DNA of 64,000 bases from Lingula anatina (Eukaryota; Animalia; Brachiopoda). Below the pieces are notes generated by a model that saw only the letters and a program-made list of their open reading frames with translations, was not told the origin of the DNA and made no database searches. How positions within the stretch are numbered: the stretch's first letter is position 1; each line of letters starts with the position of its first letter. The stretch covers positions 1,736,001 to 1,800,000 of the forward strand of contig CM120640.1 in NCBI GenBank assembly GCA_051362555.1, in the 5' to 3' direction. Positions 1 to 41,376 of the stretch are shown here, in pieces. A program made the position numbers and the translations under genes.

Positions 1-123
1 TGGACGTCCTGGAGCACCACATGAAGCCGATACGGAGCGTCCCCGGGGTCGTCCTGGAGCAGTCCTATCTTAACAAGATGGCTGACGGATTGAAACCTTT
101 CGGCATCCTGGCCACCATGAATG
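1..123 (+). CDS. Penultimate coding exon (5'-truncated by window edge) of a TIR-domain protein gene
   Basis: Open frame ...DVLEHHMKPIRSVPGVVLEQSYLNKMADGLKPFGILATMN-G ends at donor AATG|GTAAGA (123/124). The phase-1 junction joins in frame to the acceptor at 1043 (G|GA ACA GTT GAA CCG ATG). Confidence 0.7.
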
Positions 124-786
124 GTAAGATGTTGTGCCGTTTGATTTGGCTCTGGTTTTTAATTTTTATTTTATTTCGTGTGTTATATAACCAAGTTGTA
201 GAAAATGGGCAAGCCTTTTTCGATTTTATCAAGAGATGTTTTGTCTTGGTGAGTGTGGGAAGGGATTTTTTATTTCTTACTCCTATTTTTCATCTAGAAG
301 AAAGTTGGGCAAAATGACGCAAATCATGAAATCTAAGACTGTGTGATTTTTCATCATTGACCCCTGAAAAAATAACGGTTATTTTGATCAAAAAGTCGAG
401 CATACACGCGGCAATATGATAGTTGTTCTAGGAATAATAAAAAGCAAAATGTCATGAGGGCTGTTGTCAATTACGATAAACGTGCTTTTGTTACCAAAGT
501 GATGAGTAATTGATTTCTAGTTTTTGGAAATGAAACAAAATGACGCAAATAATTTTCATAACAATAACAGACAATGGTGTAGATCTCGCTAAGCAAAATA
601 GGGTATAAAAGTACACTATATATTTGATACCATAATGATGATGACAAGTTTATGTTAGGCAATTGCGGGTTTCAAAAAAAGTGCGCGATTATTTTAAAGG
701 GAACTTAAAGCTGGGCAATAAACAAGAGTCACAAATTGCCATTTTATTGTTCGAAATAGTTCGGTTAAGCCAGAAATCAGTTAAAA

Positions 787-962
787 GGCTGCATATGCAA
801 CAGTGTACTAACTAAACCGAGGGTCAAATATGGCGACCCACTTCAAAGCTTGCCGTCTAATCCGCTTATAGACACTAAATAGATTCCCCGTGGGGAAGTG
901 TTGAAGTGGGTAGGGCCATATTTGACCCTCGGACTAGTTAGTTCCCTTCTCTGAATGGGGCC
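787..962. mobile_element. Palindromic MITE, family A, copy 1
   Basis: Imperfect inverted arms (ACTAACTAAACCGAGGGTCAAATATGGC / GCCATATTTGACCCTCGGACTAGTTAGT). The internal sequence (GCTTGCCG...TAGACACT.AATAGATTCCCCG.GGGGA) is shared with 14233-14409. Confidence 0.75.
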
Positions 963-1042
963 TTTTGTTAGCTGCTATTGAACTGGAAGGTATGGGTAGT
1001 GCTGACCGTGCCTGAATACAGTAATATTTTGTATAATTTTAG

Positions 1043-1542
1043 GAACAGTTGAACCGATGGTCCGTAACGACGAGGAACCCAAAGTCTTCATCAGCTTCCA
1101 GTGGGATATGCAATCGAGGGTGGAGGATATTCGGCGAATACTGGAAGCCAACGACTTCCCCTGCTGGGTGGATATCAGCCCGACGCTCACCCAGCGAGGC
1201 AACAGCGGGGTCAGCAATCGCGGCGTCCACGGGACAGACTCCGGGGAGACGCTGCAAAGTCAGATTCAGCGGAATATGAAGGCGGCCTCCGTCGTGCTGT
1301 GTTGTATTACACCAAAATATATGCAGAGTGACAACTGCGTTAAAGATCTGACGCTAGCCGAGACTCTCCACAAAACCGTTATTCCTGTCATGTTGCGGTT
1401 TTGCCCGTGGCCGCCAGAGGGCGCACCGCCTCAGGTGCGCAAAATCTTGGTACGTTTAAGTCCCATAGACCTTAGCAACGAGAGGCTGTTTAAACAAAAT
1501 GTCCGTATTGTGGTGGATCGTGTGAGTAAATCCATTAAGTGA
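1043..1542 (+). CDS. Terminal exon encoding a TIR (TIR_2-like) domain
   Basis: Acceptor TTTTAG|GA at 1043. Motifs KVFISFQW, CWVDI, ASVVLCCITPKYMQSDNCVKDL and VIPVML match TIR betaA, betaB, betaC-alphaC and betaD. Stop TGA at 1540-1542. Confidence 0.85.
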
Positions 1543-4373
1543 TCAAAAGCGTTCATTCCGTGAAATTAAACGAGACTGTGAGTCACTTACATTTTCATTA
1601 AATGTGACATCGCTTTAGAAAATTCGGATACTGTGCCAGGATGTTTCGTTTCCTCGTCAAGTTGATTTTGGTTTGTCCCCAACTGTAGACAGAACAAAAT
1701 TGATTTCTCATATGTGATACAGGTTTGCGTTAGCACAATCTCCGGACTACGTCCTGTTTGGGACTGATAACAATATTGTAATAGTTAATTAACACCCCAT
1801 TATTTTATTTCAAGCTGCGTTTTGTGAAACGCTGCCATTCCCTACTTAATAGATAAACAAGTGACATGAACTCCAAGTTCTAAAGAACTACTTAACGGTT
1901 CATATCAAATCACAGAAAATGCATCTAGGACTAATGAGGTATTATGCAAATTGAATTATTTGTAAGCTCAAGACTTACTTGTCATTTTAGAGCGCTTTGT
2001 TATATGTACACATTTCCGTCCATTCCATGAACAAAATAAGGTTGTAATTTTACTAGTTTGCTCAACTTTCACCGACCATCCCATGCTCTGCTGCATAGGT
2101 ATATCAAGTGATTGATTTAGATTTCCTACCATATTTTTGTACTTTTCAAACATTTTTATCAGTATTCTTATTACAATACTATGTTTTAAGCACGCCACCT
2201 GTGATAAACAATGAAGAAAGCAACTCTTACTTCTTAGCATAATATGGTAGTATAGCTATAGAAATATTGATGGGGGCCACTCAAGCGTCCCTCTGCATTT
2301 AGAGCCACAAAGGGGCTTGCTCAAATAGCGTTTTAAAAGACTAGCATCAAACAGCGTCAGTATTATTTTAGAACAATTTGCTCAAAGCGACGATAGTTGG
2401 CTCTGTGTTATATACACTTCCAGTGGTAACATCAGATGCTTTCAATAATAAGACAAATTTAACCAAGAGACAAAAGATCAAAGACGTTTTTAATATTTTT
2501 CACGTTCTGTGTCATAAATTTATGATGCTGGTAGACGGAATTAGTTGCTACCTAACTGTGAGGTGACTCTAACTGCTGTACAGAAGCATAAATGTCATGG
2601 CGGCTGCTCAGAAAAAGAAACTTCACGGGCCCTCAACTACATCGTTTAGTTTGTGAGAAATAGATACCAATAACAGCAATATTTGACATGGGATAACGTG
2701 GTATCTATAGCAGATATTGATTTGATGGACCCGACACAGATTTGCCGCTTACATCAATATGTAACACAGTGTATATTATGGAAGATATACCTGAAATGCT
2801 GAATTCTTTCATTATTTAACATTAAAGCGAAAACCTGTAATTCTTTACGGAACTATTGAGGTATCTGTTCTTGTTGTTATTCATATTTTTGTCAACTTTA
2901 ACACGTCACTGATTTTTATGTACTTGTATACTTATGGTCCAATTTCAATCTAACCCAACAAATAACGCTCATAGGGTTTCGATAATGGGACCGCAGCTGT
3001 AAAGGGTCATTTTTCCTAATATCATCACCAGACAATATTCAAGTATATCTGTGTTTGTAAAACAATAGTCCAAGTGATTTATAATGCAAATTTACTCAAG
3101 GGCTAAATGTTCGTGATCTGGTTAGTAATATGGAATTTTTATATAAAATTAAGTGCTACACACATCTCTCTGTGATGGCCGGCGCCCACAAGTGAAGAAT
3201 TTACCCTGGAGGCCTCAGCCTTACAGCGCCAAGCACTTTACTATTTGAGGCATCGTACGAATGTTTGGCCCGTTTAATGATACAAATAGGCGCAGGCTTG
3301 CCAGAAGCCAGACTTTGGTGTGCGTCAGTCTAAAATTTATGATTTGTAAATGTAGTTGATCTCATGTATTCTTTTTCCCGTTATTCGGTGTGCCATGTTT
3401 AAATGTTCAGTGGTTTGTCCAGTCTGTTATCATTCCTTGCACGTCGCTATGTCCTTTGTTTTAATGATGCATGAACTCTGCATAAATTTCTAATAAGATG
3501 CATAGTGTGGAATAAATATGGATGAAATAATACAGTGCTTTATTGGTTTTATTTATTAGGAATTCGTTTATTTATCTATGAATCCATGAATTAATTAATC
3601 TATTTTTTCATTACATTTATTTATCATTTTTATCTGTTTTTTAATTTTGTATTCGTAGAATGCTATCCAGATCTGAAACTTTTATTCATTGACTATACGC
3701 GTAGCGTTCTGAACACAGGCTGCAGTATTGCATAGTGTCTACTCAAAATTGAAAATTTAACGTTAATTCGTGCTAAACGTCTCCTTCCGTAAAGTGGCCA
3801 TTAGGAACATGATGCCTGATGTGCAGATATTCATTGAAAATGCCAACTTCTTTATCATACACAGACATGAAATGTAATATTTTACTACAACTCTGAAATG
3901 CCAATGCTCACCACCCGATGTGGTGGTGATTGCGACACAATGGTGATGCGCACCTAACACACTCCATCAATGCTTTTCATCGCTCGCTGCATTCATTGCA
4001 GTAGTGTCAACAGTGGGTTCTCGAAGATAAACGCAAAATACCCTAAAAATAACCTTCAGCAGCATTCTAACATGGCACTAACACAAAAGTAGAAAAAGTT
4101 TAGTCACATACCAACACACGCGCTCGCGCGCACCTACATTCATGCACACACACACACACACACACACACCAATTAGTACAGGTGCTATCCTTGTCTTCAA
4201 TCACCTTCGTTGTTTACCTTACCACGTCTGACCTTATTACATGGCACTCTGACATATATATCTTAAACAAAGCCAGCGAGCTAGACTTGGGGGCGTGAGT
4301 CAGGTAACTTCGTGCCTGTACAGTTTTAAACTGTTAAATAGGGCATAAAAGACTGAAATAACTGCCAGCCATA

Positions 4374-32865
<28,492 letters not shown>

Positions 32866-34073
32866 CGGCTTTATTGCGGTCTGGTGATGAAGATAAGACA
32901 CCAGGTGTCTTTCGTGGCTGAGAATGAGTGTACACGGTGAAATCTTAGATAAGCCAACAGGTACATGTACCTTATTGCACGGCTGAGTCTAAGTGAACAC
33001 GGTCTTTAATTATCCCAGATATCATAAGTCAAAGACCATGCAATGTAAAAAGCTTTCGTATCGGACTTTTGTCAATTTAATTTTAATTTTTAAAATTAAA
33101 TAATTTACAACTTGGTTATTTTAGTAACTTAAAATATATATTCAAGATAGTATACTTGCTGGTTGTAAATTTGTTATAATACTTAATTTTCTTTTTTCAC
33201 CTTTTAATAAAGAGGTTTTCGAACGGATAGATTCAGTTTGTAATATATGGGGTGGAAATAAAAATATAACCACCAACTTTACTCAAGTATAGTGTATGTT
33301 TCCATGTTGCATTTTTAATGACCTGGAAAACATTATCGTACTATGGTGTATATTAAAAAGATTATTACCCAATAGAGTTAAACAAATCCAATAAATCTTT
33401 TTTACATTTATTCATCGCAAGGCGTTGCTCAGTAACGCTCTGTTATTTTTATGGGAAGAAACCCAGGTGAGTATTCAATAAAAGCGCTGTGAACAGACGC
33501 CACATGTGGTATTACCATTGTCTGAAATTTGAATTTAAATAGAACCTAGAACTTGTAGAAGCAGAAACTAGAAACCGCGGGTTACCGGGCAATACTCTGA
33601 TCAATATAGTATTATAAATCTATCGTCTCTTACCGGAACTGGGTTTGTTTTCACACAGTCTGTTCATTCCTCACCCCTGAGAGCTTTATTGATTTCCAAT
33701 GCATGGGGACGTTACATGACTTGATTTAAAACCTTGAGTACACGTGTACAAATGTACACGTGCTATTTTGACGAACAAATTATAATCTGACATATATTTT
33801 TGAAGGAAATGAAAGTAAATCTCCCTAAAAAAAGCATTTTATTGATATTATATATCATATATTTCATTCTTCAGCAATACGAATAATGATAAATTACTGT
33901 GGCGACCGCCTATTGTGTACGAAATGGGGCCTATTCAAGAAGAATGTCTCACGTTTCACAATGCTGAAATGGGACATTAAAATACTTAATTGTTGTATTC
34001 TGATACATGTTATAAAATGAGATTGTCTACCTGCGTTTGTTTTTTGATTAAATATTTGTAAAAACAGTACGTT

Positions 34074-35555
34074 TCAAGTCTGATTCTTAGCTCCTGCAAG
34101 AAGCATCGAGCTCAGAGATTTCTTGCCTTCCCCCGAACCAATTTTCAGTTTGCCCGTCAGTCCCTTCAATCTGTCTTTAGAACTCGGGGATCTTGGAGGG
34201 GGTGACGGGGACGCGCTGTCCGGAGACCCCCTCGAGCTAGCACTTCCATGTCCCCCTCTGCGCCGCCAGACCGTCACCGGGGAATTACTCTTAGCTCCGG
34301 GTTTGGGACTTTTAAGTTGGACCACGGACTCCAGAACGCTCTTCGGCCGACTTCGCGCAGATAACACCGAGAAAGCGAGAGAGGCGCTTGATGTTCTCGA
34401 AGCCACGCCTAGTGAATCCCCATCGTCATCGCTGTCGTCTGCTTCCGGTTCTGGAACAACGGGGACAGCCGGGACTCTGTAAGAGTTGGTCAATTGTGTC
34501 TGAAAGATGCCGTATAATCTTTGCAACTCGTCGCGATATGACGGTAATTGTTGGGCTGTGTTCGCGGGGCGTTTTTTGGCTTTCTTTTTGTCGTGTGACG
34601 ATTCTGTTCTCATCAGTGTGTTGTCATGCGGTGACGTGGAGTGAGACTGCGCACTACGAGGCATATGGACAAGCCTCGGGAGTGCCCATTTTTCGGGAGT
34701 TGCACTCCTCACGGTAGACCCGCTACTATTGACTACTGGTGAACTAGGACTTCTCCCTGTCTTATTTCCCCGCTGTAAAAGGGGTGCACTTCTTTTGGCT
34801 GGGCGTCTGACAGGGTTGATGGTAAACGATGGAGAAAACGGTCTCTCTTTAACAATATCTGGCGTTGCTATATTTGATCTGTAATTATTGTCAGACGTTT
34901 CATAGATCATGGGCGATCCTGAAGGGCAAGTCCTGCCGTCCCTGGGGTCTCTGTCGTCAAATGGGTTTCGAAATGGGTCAGAACCTTCCGGTATCTCCAT
35001 AGCGCTCTCCAGCCATTCTTTAGCGTTCATGAAATATTTGTTATCCCTAACTGTTAACGAGGCTTTTGCATCTTGCACGAGCAATCTAGCAATGTCCAAA
35101 TATCCTCGTGCGCACGCGATCATAAGCGGCGTAAATCCTTCCTGATTCGGCAAATCGGGGCTCATTCGATATTTCACCATGTTGTTCAGAATACACTTCA
35201 TTATTCTCACAGAGCCGTTGTAAGCTGCTAAATGAAGGACAGTATTCCCTTCCCTGTCACGAAAATTAACGTCGACGCAATCCTCCTCCAGCAAGGATTT
35301 CACCAGGAATTCCTTGCCCAGCTTCACGGCGTATGATAAGACATTCAAGCCTGTGGTGTCAGTGAGAGTGGGATCCGCCCCTTTCTGTATTAGAAGATGA
35401 ATCCATCGTGCCGCACGCTTCTCCGGGAAGAAGGCGCATTTCAGAATCGGGGTGAGGCCTTTTTCGTCCCGCTGGTTAACATCAACACCGCGGTCTAGGA
35501 GCAGAGTGAACTGTTTAAACCGGGAATGGTCGATAGCCGTGTGAAGCACCGACAT
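34074..35555 (-). CDS. Intronless ankyrin-repeat protein (about 493 aa) with a long Ser/Pro/Arg-rich disordered tail; ANKRD34/ANKRD63-like architecture
   Basis: First ATG at 35555 (MSVLHTAID). About 5 ankyrin repeats (GLTPILKCA, GLNVLSYAV, GNTVLHLAA, GFTPLMIAC). The frame is open to TGA at 34074. Confidence 0.9.
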   Translation of the reverse strand: MSVLHTAIDHSRFKQFTLLLDRGVDVNQRDEKGLTPILKCAFFPEKRAARWIHLLIQKGADPTLTDTTGLNVLSYAVKLGKEFLVKSLLEEDCVDVNFRDREGNTVLHLAAYNGSVRIMKCILNNMVKYRMSPDLPNQEGFTPLMIACARGYLDIARLLVQDAKASLTVRDNKYFMNAKEWLESAMEIPEGSDPFRNPFDDRDPRDGRTCPSGSPMIYETSDNNYRSNIATPDIVKERPFSPSFTINPVRRPAKRSAPLLQRGNKTGRSPSSPVVNSSGSTVRSATPEKWALPRLVHMPRSAQSHSTSPHDNTLMRTESSHDKKKAKKRPANTAQQLPSYRDELQRLYGIFQTQLTNSYRVPAVPVVPEPEADDSDDDGDSLGVASRTSSASLAFSVLSARSRPKSVLESVVQLKSPKPGAKSNSPVTVWRRRGGHGSASSRGSPDSASPSPPPRSPSSKDRLKGLTGKLKIGSGEGKKSLSSMLLAGAKNQT

Positions 35556-37842
35556 TTTTCTGGATTGGCGAAACACCAGAAATAATGTATGGTTTAACAC
35601 TGTATAAAACAACACCTTTCAGTGTCTGGCGAATAACTCAGTATGACGGTCATATGTTGAAAACGTCTCCATTTTGATTAAAATCATGTCTGTTTCGGAC
35701 GCTAAATCGGCAGCATAAGTGTCCAAGATATGAAAGCGCGCGGCAAAATGACGTCTCCTACACTGCCATGTCTGTTAAACTGCTGGCGAGAATGTTAATT
35801 TTAGTTTCATGGAAAACGGATGGCACTCACTCGATATTGATCAGAAATAAAACAGACTGACCGGTATTTCCATCGTATAAAGTGTTTGCAGATTACCTGC
35901 GTTGCGAAGATACTGTTACTTTGTTAGCAATGTCGCTCTCGGCTACACTTTACCCGTAGAGACCGAGAGATCCATCTAGATTTCCTCTTCTTGTTAGTAA
36001 TGTGTAATCACAGCGGGCTCCGTGGTGAACCTAATTAAACAGTCAACAATCGTCGGCGTAATCTTGTTAAAATGTCACTGGTGACAGCAGTTTCCTTTCA
36101 AAATCGTCAACCCTATTTATTTCTCACACTGTCACCACCAGCTGGGCACGGTTCAAAGTGTATACGAACACGATATGGTATCGTCGCCAAGGTTTGAAGA
36201 AACAGAAATCGACTATCGATACATCGTTCAAAACAATCACCAGAATCCCTTTTCATGTAAACAATATCATTGTGGGCTCATCTGACTCCGCGGCAAACCC
36301 CAATACTAAGGTATCGATTGAGAAATATCGGAGTTTCACTCATATATTCAGTTAAGGACTGAAATGAGAAAGGTGCGCTTTCAAAACTCTCTGCTATCTA
36401 AATAGATATATTGAAGTGTTCTACTGAGTCTACAGAAAAAAAAACTCGGCAAATAAAAGCTCATTCTGCTAGAATAGTGCTTTAACATCATTTGAGCTAT
36501 TTATATCACTTTTCATAGCAAGAACAATGTGAAACAATACGATATCCATTTTAGAAGTCCAAGTTACCTCTTGTGTCCGTCTATTCAATATCAAAATGCT
36601 ATACGATGAAGTAGTTGCCAAGTGCTGCTTGTCTCTCATTGTATTCACGACACTATGCATACATCCTTTATAATAATGTTTTATTCAAGGAACTTCTCGA
36701 GACCGCAGCACAAATCTCTTCTTCAGATTACGGATGATATATCATACGAACAATATATTTGGCATGTCAATAATGTACGTGTATTTTTTATGGAGTACTA
36801 CTTGGATCCAAGTTATGTGTGGACTTCAATCTTTAGAGTAACACACAGACGGACTAAGTGTCATATCAAACGAATGTAAAATTCAAGAAAAATATGTAAA
36901 CTATAATGTACTTTTTTCTTATCAGAACAAAAATATATGTAGCGTATCCAAAGATATAGTTTAAATCAAATATACAGCGGGATTGATATATTGATACAAA
37001 GGTTGTAGGTCGTTATGGTTGAACGACGAGTGAAGGACTCATTGAACAGAATCAATACTTGTACACGTAAAACACAGATCACTGGCAGCGGTTCGATAAT
37101 AAATGCGTCAACTTCTGAGTCAATCACATGGTAGAGCATCAAAACAGCATTCTAATAACATAGTTTAGCGACATTGTTGTGTAATATAGGGATGGTCTGC
37201 TGTGGGGTTTGTGCGGGCGATCATATTGTAGTCTTGGTGTCGATTGCCAGCGCACACTGCGAGACTGCGAGCTGAGCATATAGCCAAGCTAAGCCGTTGC
37301 CTTACTAGTGTGCGCCGGCTTTGATAAATCAATCCATTCACCTATTGCAATGATAATCGAGATTTTACGGCAAGGAAAACAGTCATTGATATCCTTTCAC
37401 AATACAGGTCACCTAGGGGAAATAAATGAAAAAGAAATGTAGGGTCTCTTACGGATAGTCTCTTGGTTTGTTTAAAAAACTTACACTTTAAAGGCACGAT
37501 AAATTCAGTATATCCAGGCTTAAAAATCTCTGGAAAATCGAGTTATTCCCACTGGTGGTGGGTTTTTCTGAGGGGATGGGGAGCACAATTTTTTAATTCA
37601 TAAAAGATACAGAAGAGAACAATTGCATTGTAATATGAAGGACACAACGGAATAAAAAAAGTGCTTGGTGTATCGTTTCACTAGTAATGTTTTTGGGAAG
37701 AAAAAGGGGGTACCCCCACTTGGGTAGAGGGGGCACGTTGCCTACTGTGTCCACGTGCACTGAGGCATCACTACCCTGTACTATACACTGTGGTATACTG
37801 CAGGTACAAATGGGCACCCGGTCATTATTCACATAATAATGA

Positions 37843-38020
37843 TATTGTATTGTATTGTATTGTATTGTATTAAATAGCACTGAATTGCATTGCATTGCAT
37901 TTGTGTTGTATTGTATTGAACATACTGTGTTGTCTTGTATTGCATTGCATTGCACTGTACTGTCGTGTACTATAATGTATTGTTTTGTATTGCATTGTCT
38001 TGGGTTGTCTAGTATTGGAT
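37843..38020. repeat. Degenerate (TATTG/CATTG)n pentanucleotide tandem repeat
   Basis: Runs of TATTG, CATTG and TACTG units. Confidence 0.85.
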
Positions 38021-39117
38021 TACGTTGTACAAGGCCGTAAAATATATGCACCAGAAACCAATACAGAAATAAATTGAACTGAATTAAAGCATTGACAATA
38101 TACTGTAGATATACTGTTAGAAGCGTCTAATCTTTGGCGTCTGTATGATACCCAGGGTCTTCTCTTCACCACTTGGTTTTCACAGAGGTGCCTTTCAACG
38201 ATTACACGTTAATGGAATAATAATAATAATAATAATAATAATGAAATTGCATAGCTGAATAAATAAATGAAAGAAAGAAAAATGAAGGAAAGAAAAAGAC
38301 AAACGTTAATAGCACAATATGAATTAGCACCAGTACTAGAGGAAGCAATAAATGGCAAAAAAAAAAAAAAAATCCGTTCATTCTTCAACTGTGAACATTC
38401 TCAAAACTGAAAAATTATCTGGAAAACTGTTTTAAGCAGATACATTTATCTTGTAAATTTATTTCGAACTAGATTTTGGATAAGTAGACGCGATTAAAAC
38501 AAAGAAAGGAGGATTACTGTAGAAAGGTAGATGTTTTAAAGTGAATAAACGCTCGTTTTTATTACTCTTTAGTGAATATAAAGGACCTAATTCCCAACTA
38601 CGGAGGAATGGAATAAGTGACGTCAACATTCAGTTAATCACTGCCCACTAAAGGCCCATTATTTTACCGAAACGGAATTAAAGCCACAATAGAAAATTAG
38701 CATATCTGTCAGGGCTTTCTCGGTGGATTGGAAACTAATAAACACCGTAAGTAGCTTGACATTTTACCTTTTCCTTGGGATTTATTCCGTTTTAAAAATG
38801 AGAAAATTGCTTAAATGTCGAGACATTAGCGCAGTCATGAACAGTGGGTTTTCATTAGCTGGCGCTTTTGTACCACAGTGGTGCACTGCGTGAAGAATAC
38901 TACGCTCGTAATGCAGGAAATTAAAGAAAGTGATTTTCTATAGAACATCCAGAATCTCTGCAGGAATTGACGAGGTAATTAGCTCATTACCCCGGTTCTC
39001 GAAGTAGACGTCCATGTAGAAGAAAGCCACCACAGGAAGAAATACTGCAAAGTAAGACTGCACACTGAGAATGTAATCAATGACTTTATTAGTATTACGC
39101 ACCTGCAAACCAGAACA

Positions 39118-39118
<1 letters not shown>

Positions 39119-39160
<42 letters not shown>
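39119..39160. repeat. (AT)n microsatellite
   Basis: About 21 AT units. Confidence 0.95.
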
Positions 39161-39165
<5 letters not shown>

Positions 39166-40089
39166 CATGACGACCCACGATACTAGACGTAAGGTAACCT
39201 TGGGATAACTGTGCCAGCCATAAGAAAGATAATCAAATGATGTGCGATTTTAAAAAAAATTCTGATAGGAGCGGCAAGTAAGACTTTCATGTAGCTGCCT
39301 TCGTGATGTTCAGTGTTTTTAGAGCAAAGAAATGTCCCCAAATGTACAGAAAACTCACTTACATTGCTCAATGAAGTCCATGCTAAGACTATTTTGAAAA
39401 AAAAAGAATGCAGGAAAAGAACTATTGTAGAATGAATAAGCACTTAGAATGCCAAAAAATATTTTTGAATTTTTTTTTTATATTGCCACTAATATTAAAC
39501 TTGCGAAGCAATGTACTTCTGCGTTAATTCAATAGACGTAAATTCATTAGAAATGCACATATGGGATTAAAATTGTATCACTTAGCCAATTCTAATCGGA
39601 AACGAACCAATTATTAAGAACTCAGATTCACTGCCCAAGGCACACTGTGTCACATTTGTATAACACGATACACTTGCAACAAGTTCGAGGACAAAATTCC
39701 CAAAACAAGGTGCCTGTAGAAGTGGCTATCACTGCGCAGCGTTCGTTTCGAGCACCGTTGATACATGAATAGGTACACTCAGGGCATTGCCACCAGAAAG
39801 GACTACCGTTCCTAAGTGGATAATCCCGATAATCCCCACAAGTGCCTCGCAGCCATTATTGACTGACTGCGCCGACTATTAGCCAAATTTGCAATAGAGT
39901 GGTATATTGAAGGTATTAGCGTGGACATAACGAGCATAGACATAATAGAAAATACTAGACGTACAAAGATTTGATAAATACTCAGTTATATAAGATGAAC
40001 ATGAAGTGAGGAGTATAAATTGAACTCAGATTCCTTTAAAGAGTTTCACAATAATCTGCGATATTGTTAACAGCAGCCAGTCAGATCTA

Positions 40090-41376
40090 ATGCAGCCTGA
40101 CAACGGGTCAGAAACACCGCACCTTAGAGACTTGGACATAGTCCTCAATCTGAGTTTTAAGCAATTTCTTAACTATCTGCAAAAACTGCGCGAGGGGATT
40201 CAAGCTTTGCGGGAGGAGGTTTATAAGGATGAGATGGAAGAGCGACATAAAAAACAATACCCAGTGGAGGCAAATTCGGCAGATTGGATGCATAAGAAAA
40301 TAAAGATGTCCTTTGATGCCCGAGGCATTGTGGATAGTTCCTCTGTGCATGTCTCACAACAAGTGTCAGCAAAGAATAAACCTAAAGGCCGGCAAGACGG
40401 TAAACTCGCAGAACGAGCGGGTGATGTAAAAAAAGCACCACCATCTAAACAAGTTGAAGCACCTTCCGTCGTTGTGCGAAGTGCAACACACATTGACACT
40501 ACAACAAGGGATTACTCCATTTTACCGACTGTTCGCGTAAGAAGAGATTCTTGTGCGCGAAAGTTTCAAAATTCTCAGGATGACGATAAACAAAACTCAA
40601 TGCACAAACTTAATGTGCGGAACCAAAATTTACAGCTATTTCCAGACAACAAAAACGATGGAAATGCACGTGACTGTGACCATCAAACGACACATTTTCG
40701 ACTGCGGAAACAACCGTCAAATGAACCTTGCGTACGGGGGAGTTTAGAGACATATACTCCAAAAAAGCATCGGAAACACAGCGCAACTAAGTCGAACATG
40801 AGAGATGGGCATCTAGTAAGTAATAACCATAGCAACCCGTCCAAATCAGCTGGATTGCCCCACATATCTCAACCCCGGGGGAAACATCCTCAGCAAAACC
40901 GTCACAAAAGTCGTCACAATGAGACGGGCAGATACTACTTCTCAACGACCCCCTCTCCAGTCCGCGTCTACATCAACTACGACAAGACTGACAGGGCCAT
41001 ATTTGTGGAAAACTTAGTGGACGCTGACGGTAAAAGATTCTGGCCTCTCTCACGGAAGAAGTCCATACAGGGTTTGGTGTACAACCGTGTGGCCCGCAGT
41101 TTCCACCCCCCTGCACCGCCCCGGATTCCCACTCCGGCTCCTAAGGACGCGCAGGTGTTTAAACCTAAGAAAATGACTTTAAAAGCGCTCACCGACGGAG
41201 TTCGGATGTCTAAAAAGATCAAGATGAAAGCACAAAGAATACCTACCGGAGATTCACTGATGAGCCCGAAGACGACGGGTTTTCAAGTTCAAGGAATTAA
41301 ACATATCAGTGCAATAACCCGGGCGATGCAGTTTCCTAAAATAGTGAAAAATAAGACAAATGTGACAAGCAGGTAG
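40090..41376 (+). CDS. Intronless 428-aa basic protein of unknown function
   Basis: A 1287-bp ATG-to-TAG open frame in AT-rich DNA with coding-like composition. N-terminal amphipathic helix (SFKQFLNYLQKLREGIQALREE), Lys/Arg/His-rich middle, Pro-rich C-terminal patch. AATAAA at about 41577. Confidence 0.7.
   Translation: MQPDNGSETPHLRDLDIVLNLSFKQFLNYLQKLREGIQALREEVYKDEMEERHKKQYPVEANSADWMHKKIKMSFDARGIVDSSSVHVSQQVSAKNKPKGRQDGKLAERAGDVKKAPPSKQVEAPSVVVRSATHIDTTTRDYSILPTVRVRRDSCARKFQNSQDDDKQNSMHKLNVRNQNLQLFPDNKNDGNARDCDHQTTHFRLRKQPSNEPCVRGSLETYTPKKHRKHSATKSNMRDGHLVSNNHSNPSKSAGLPHISQPRGKHPQQNRHKSRHNETGRYYFSTTPSPVRVYINYDKTDRAIFVENLVDADGKRFWPLSRKKSIQGLVYNRVARSFHPPAPPRIPTPAPKDAQVFKPKKMTLKALTDGVRMSKKIKMKAQRIPTGDSLMSPKTTGFQVQGIKHISAITRAMQFPKIVKNKTNVTSR

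Noticed and set aside
34123-35145. Plus-strand ORFs of 119, 109 and 78 aa
   Set aside because: Antisense shadows of the GC-richer ankyrin CDS, with no recognisable motifs.
35556-35615. N-terminal 20-aa extension of the ankyrin ORF in the ORF track
   Set aside because: It starts at TTG. The first ATG is at 35555, right at the first ankyrin repeat.
37593-38051. 152-aa minus-strand ORF and overlapping Cys-rich plus-strand ORF
   Set aside because: Both are translations of the (TATTG/CATTG)n repeat.
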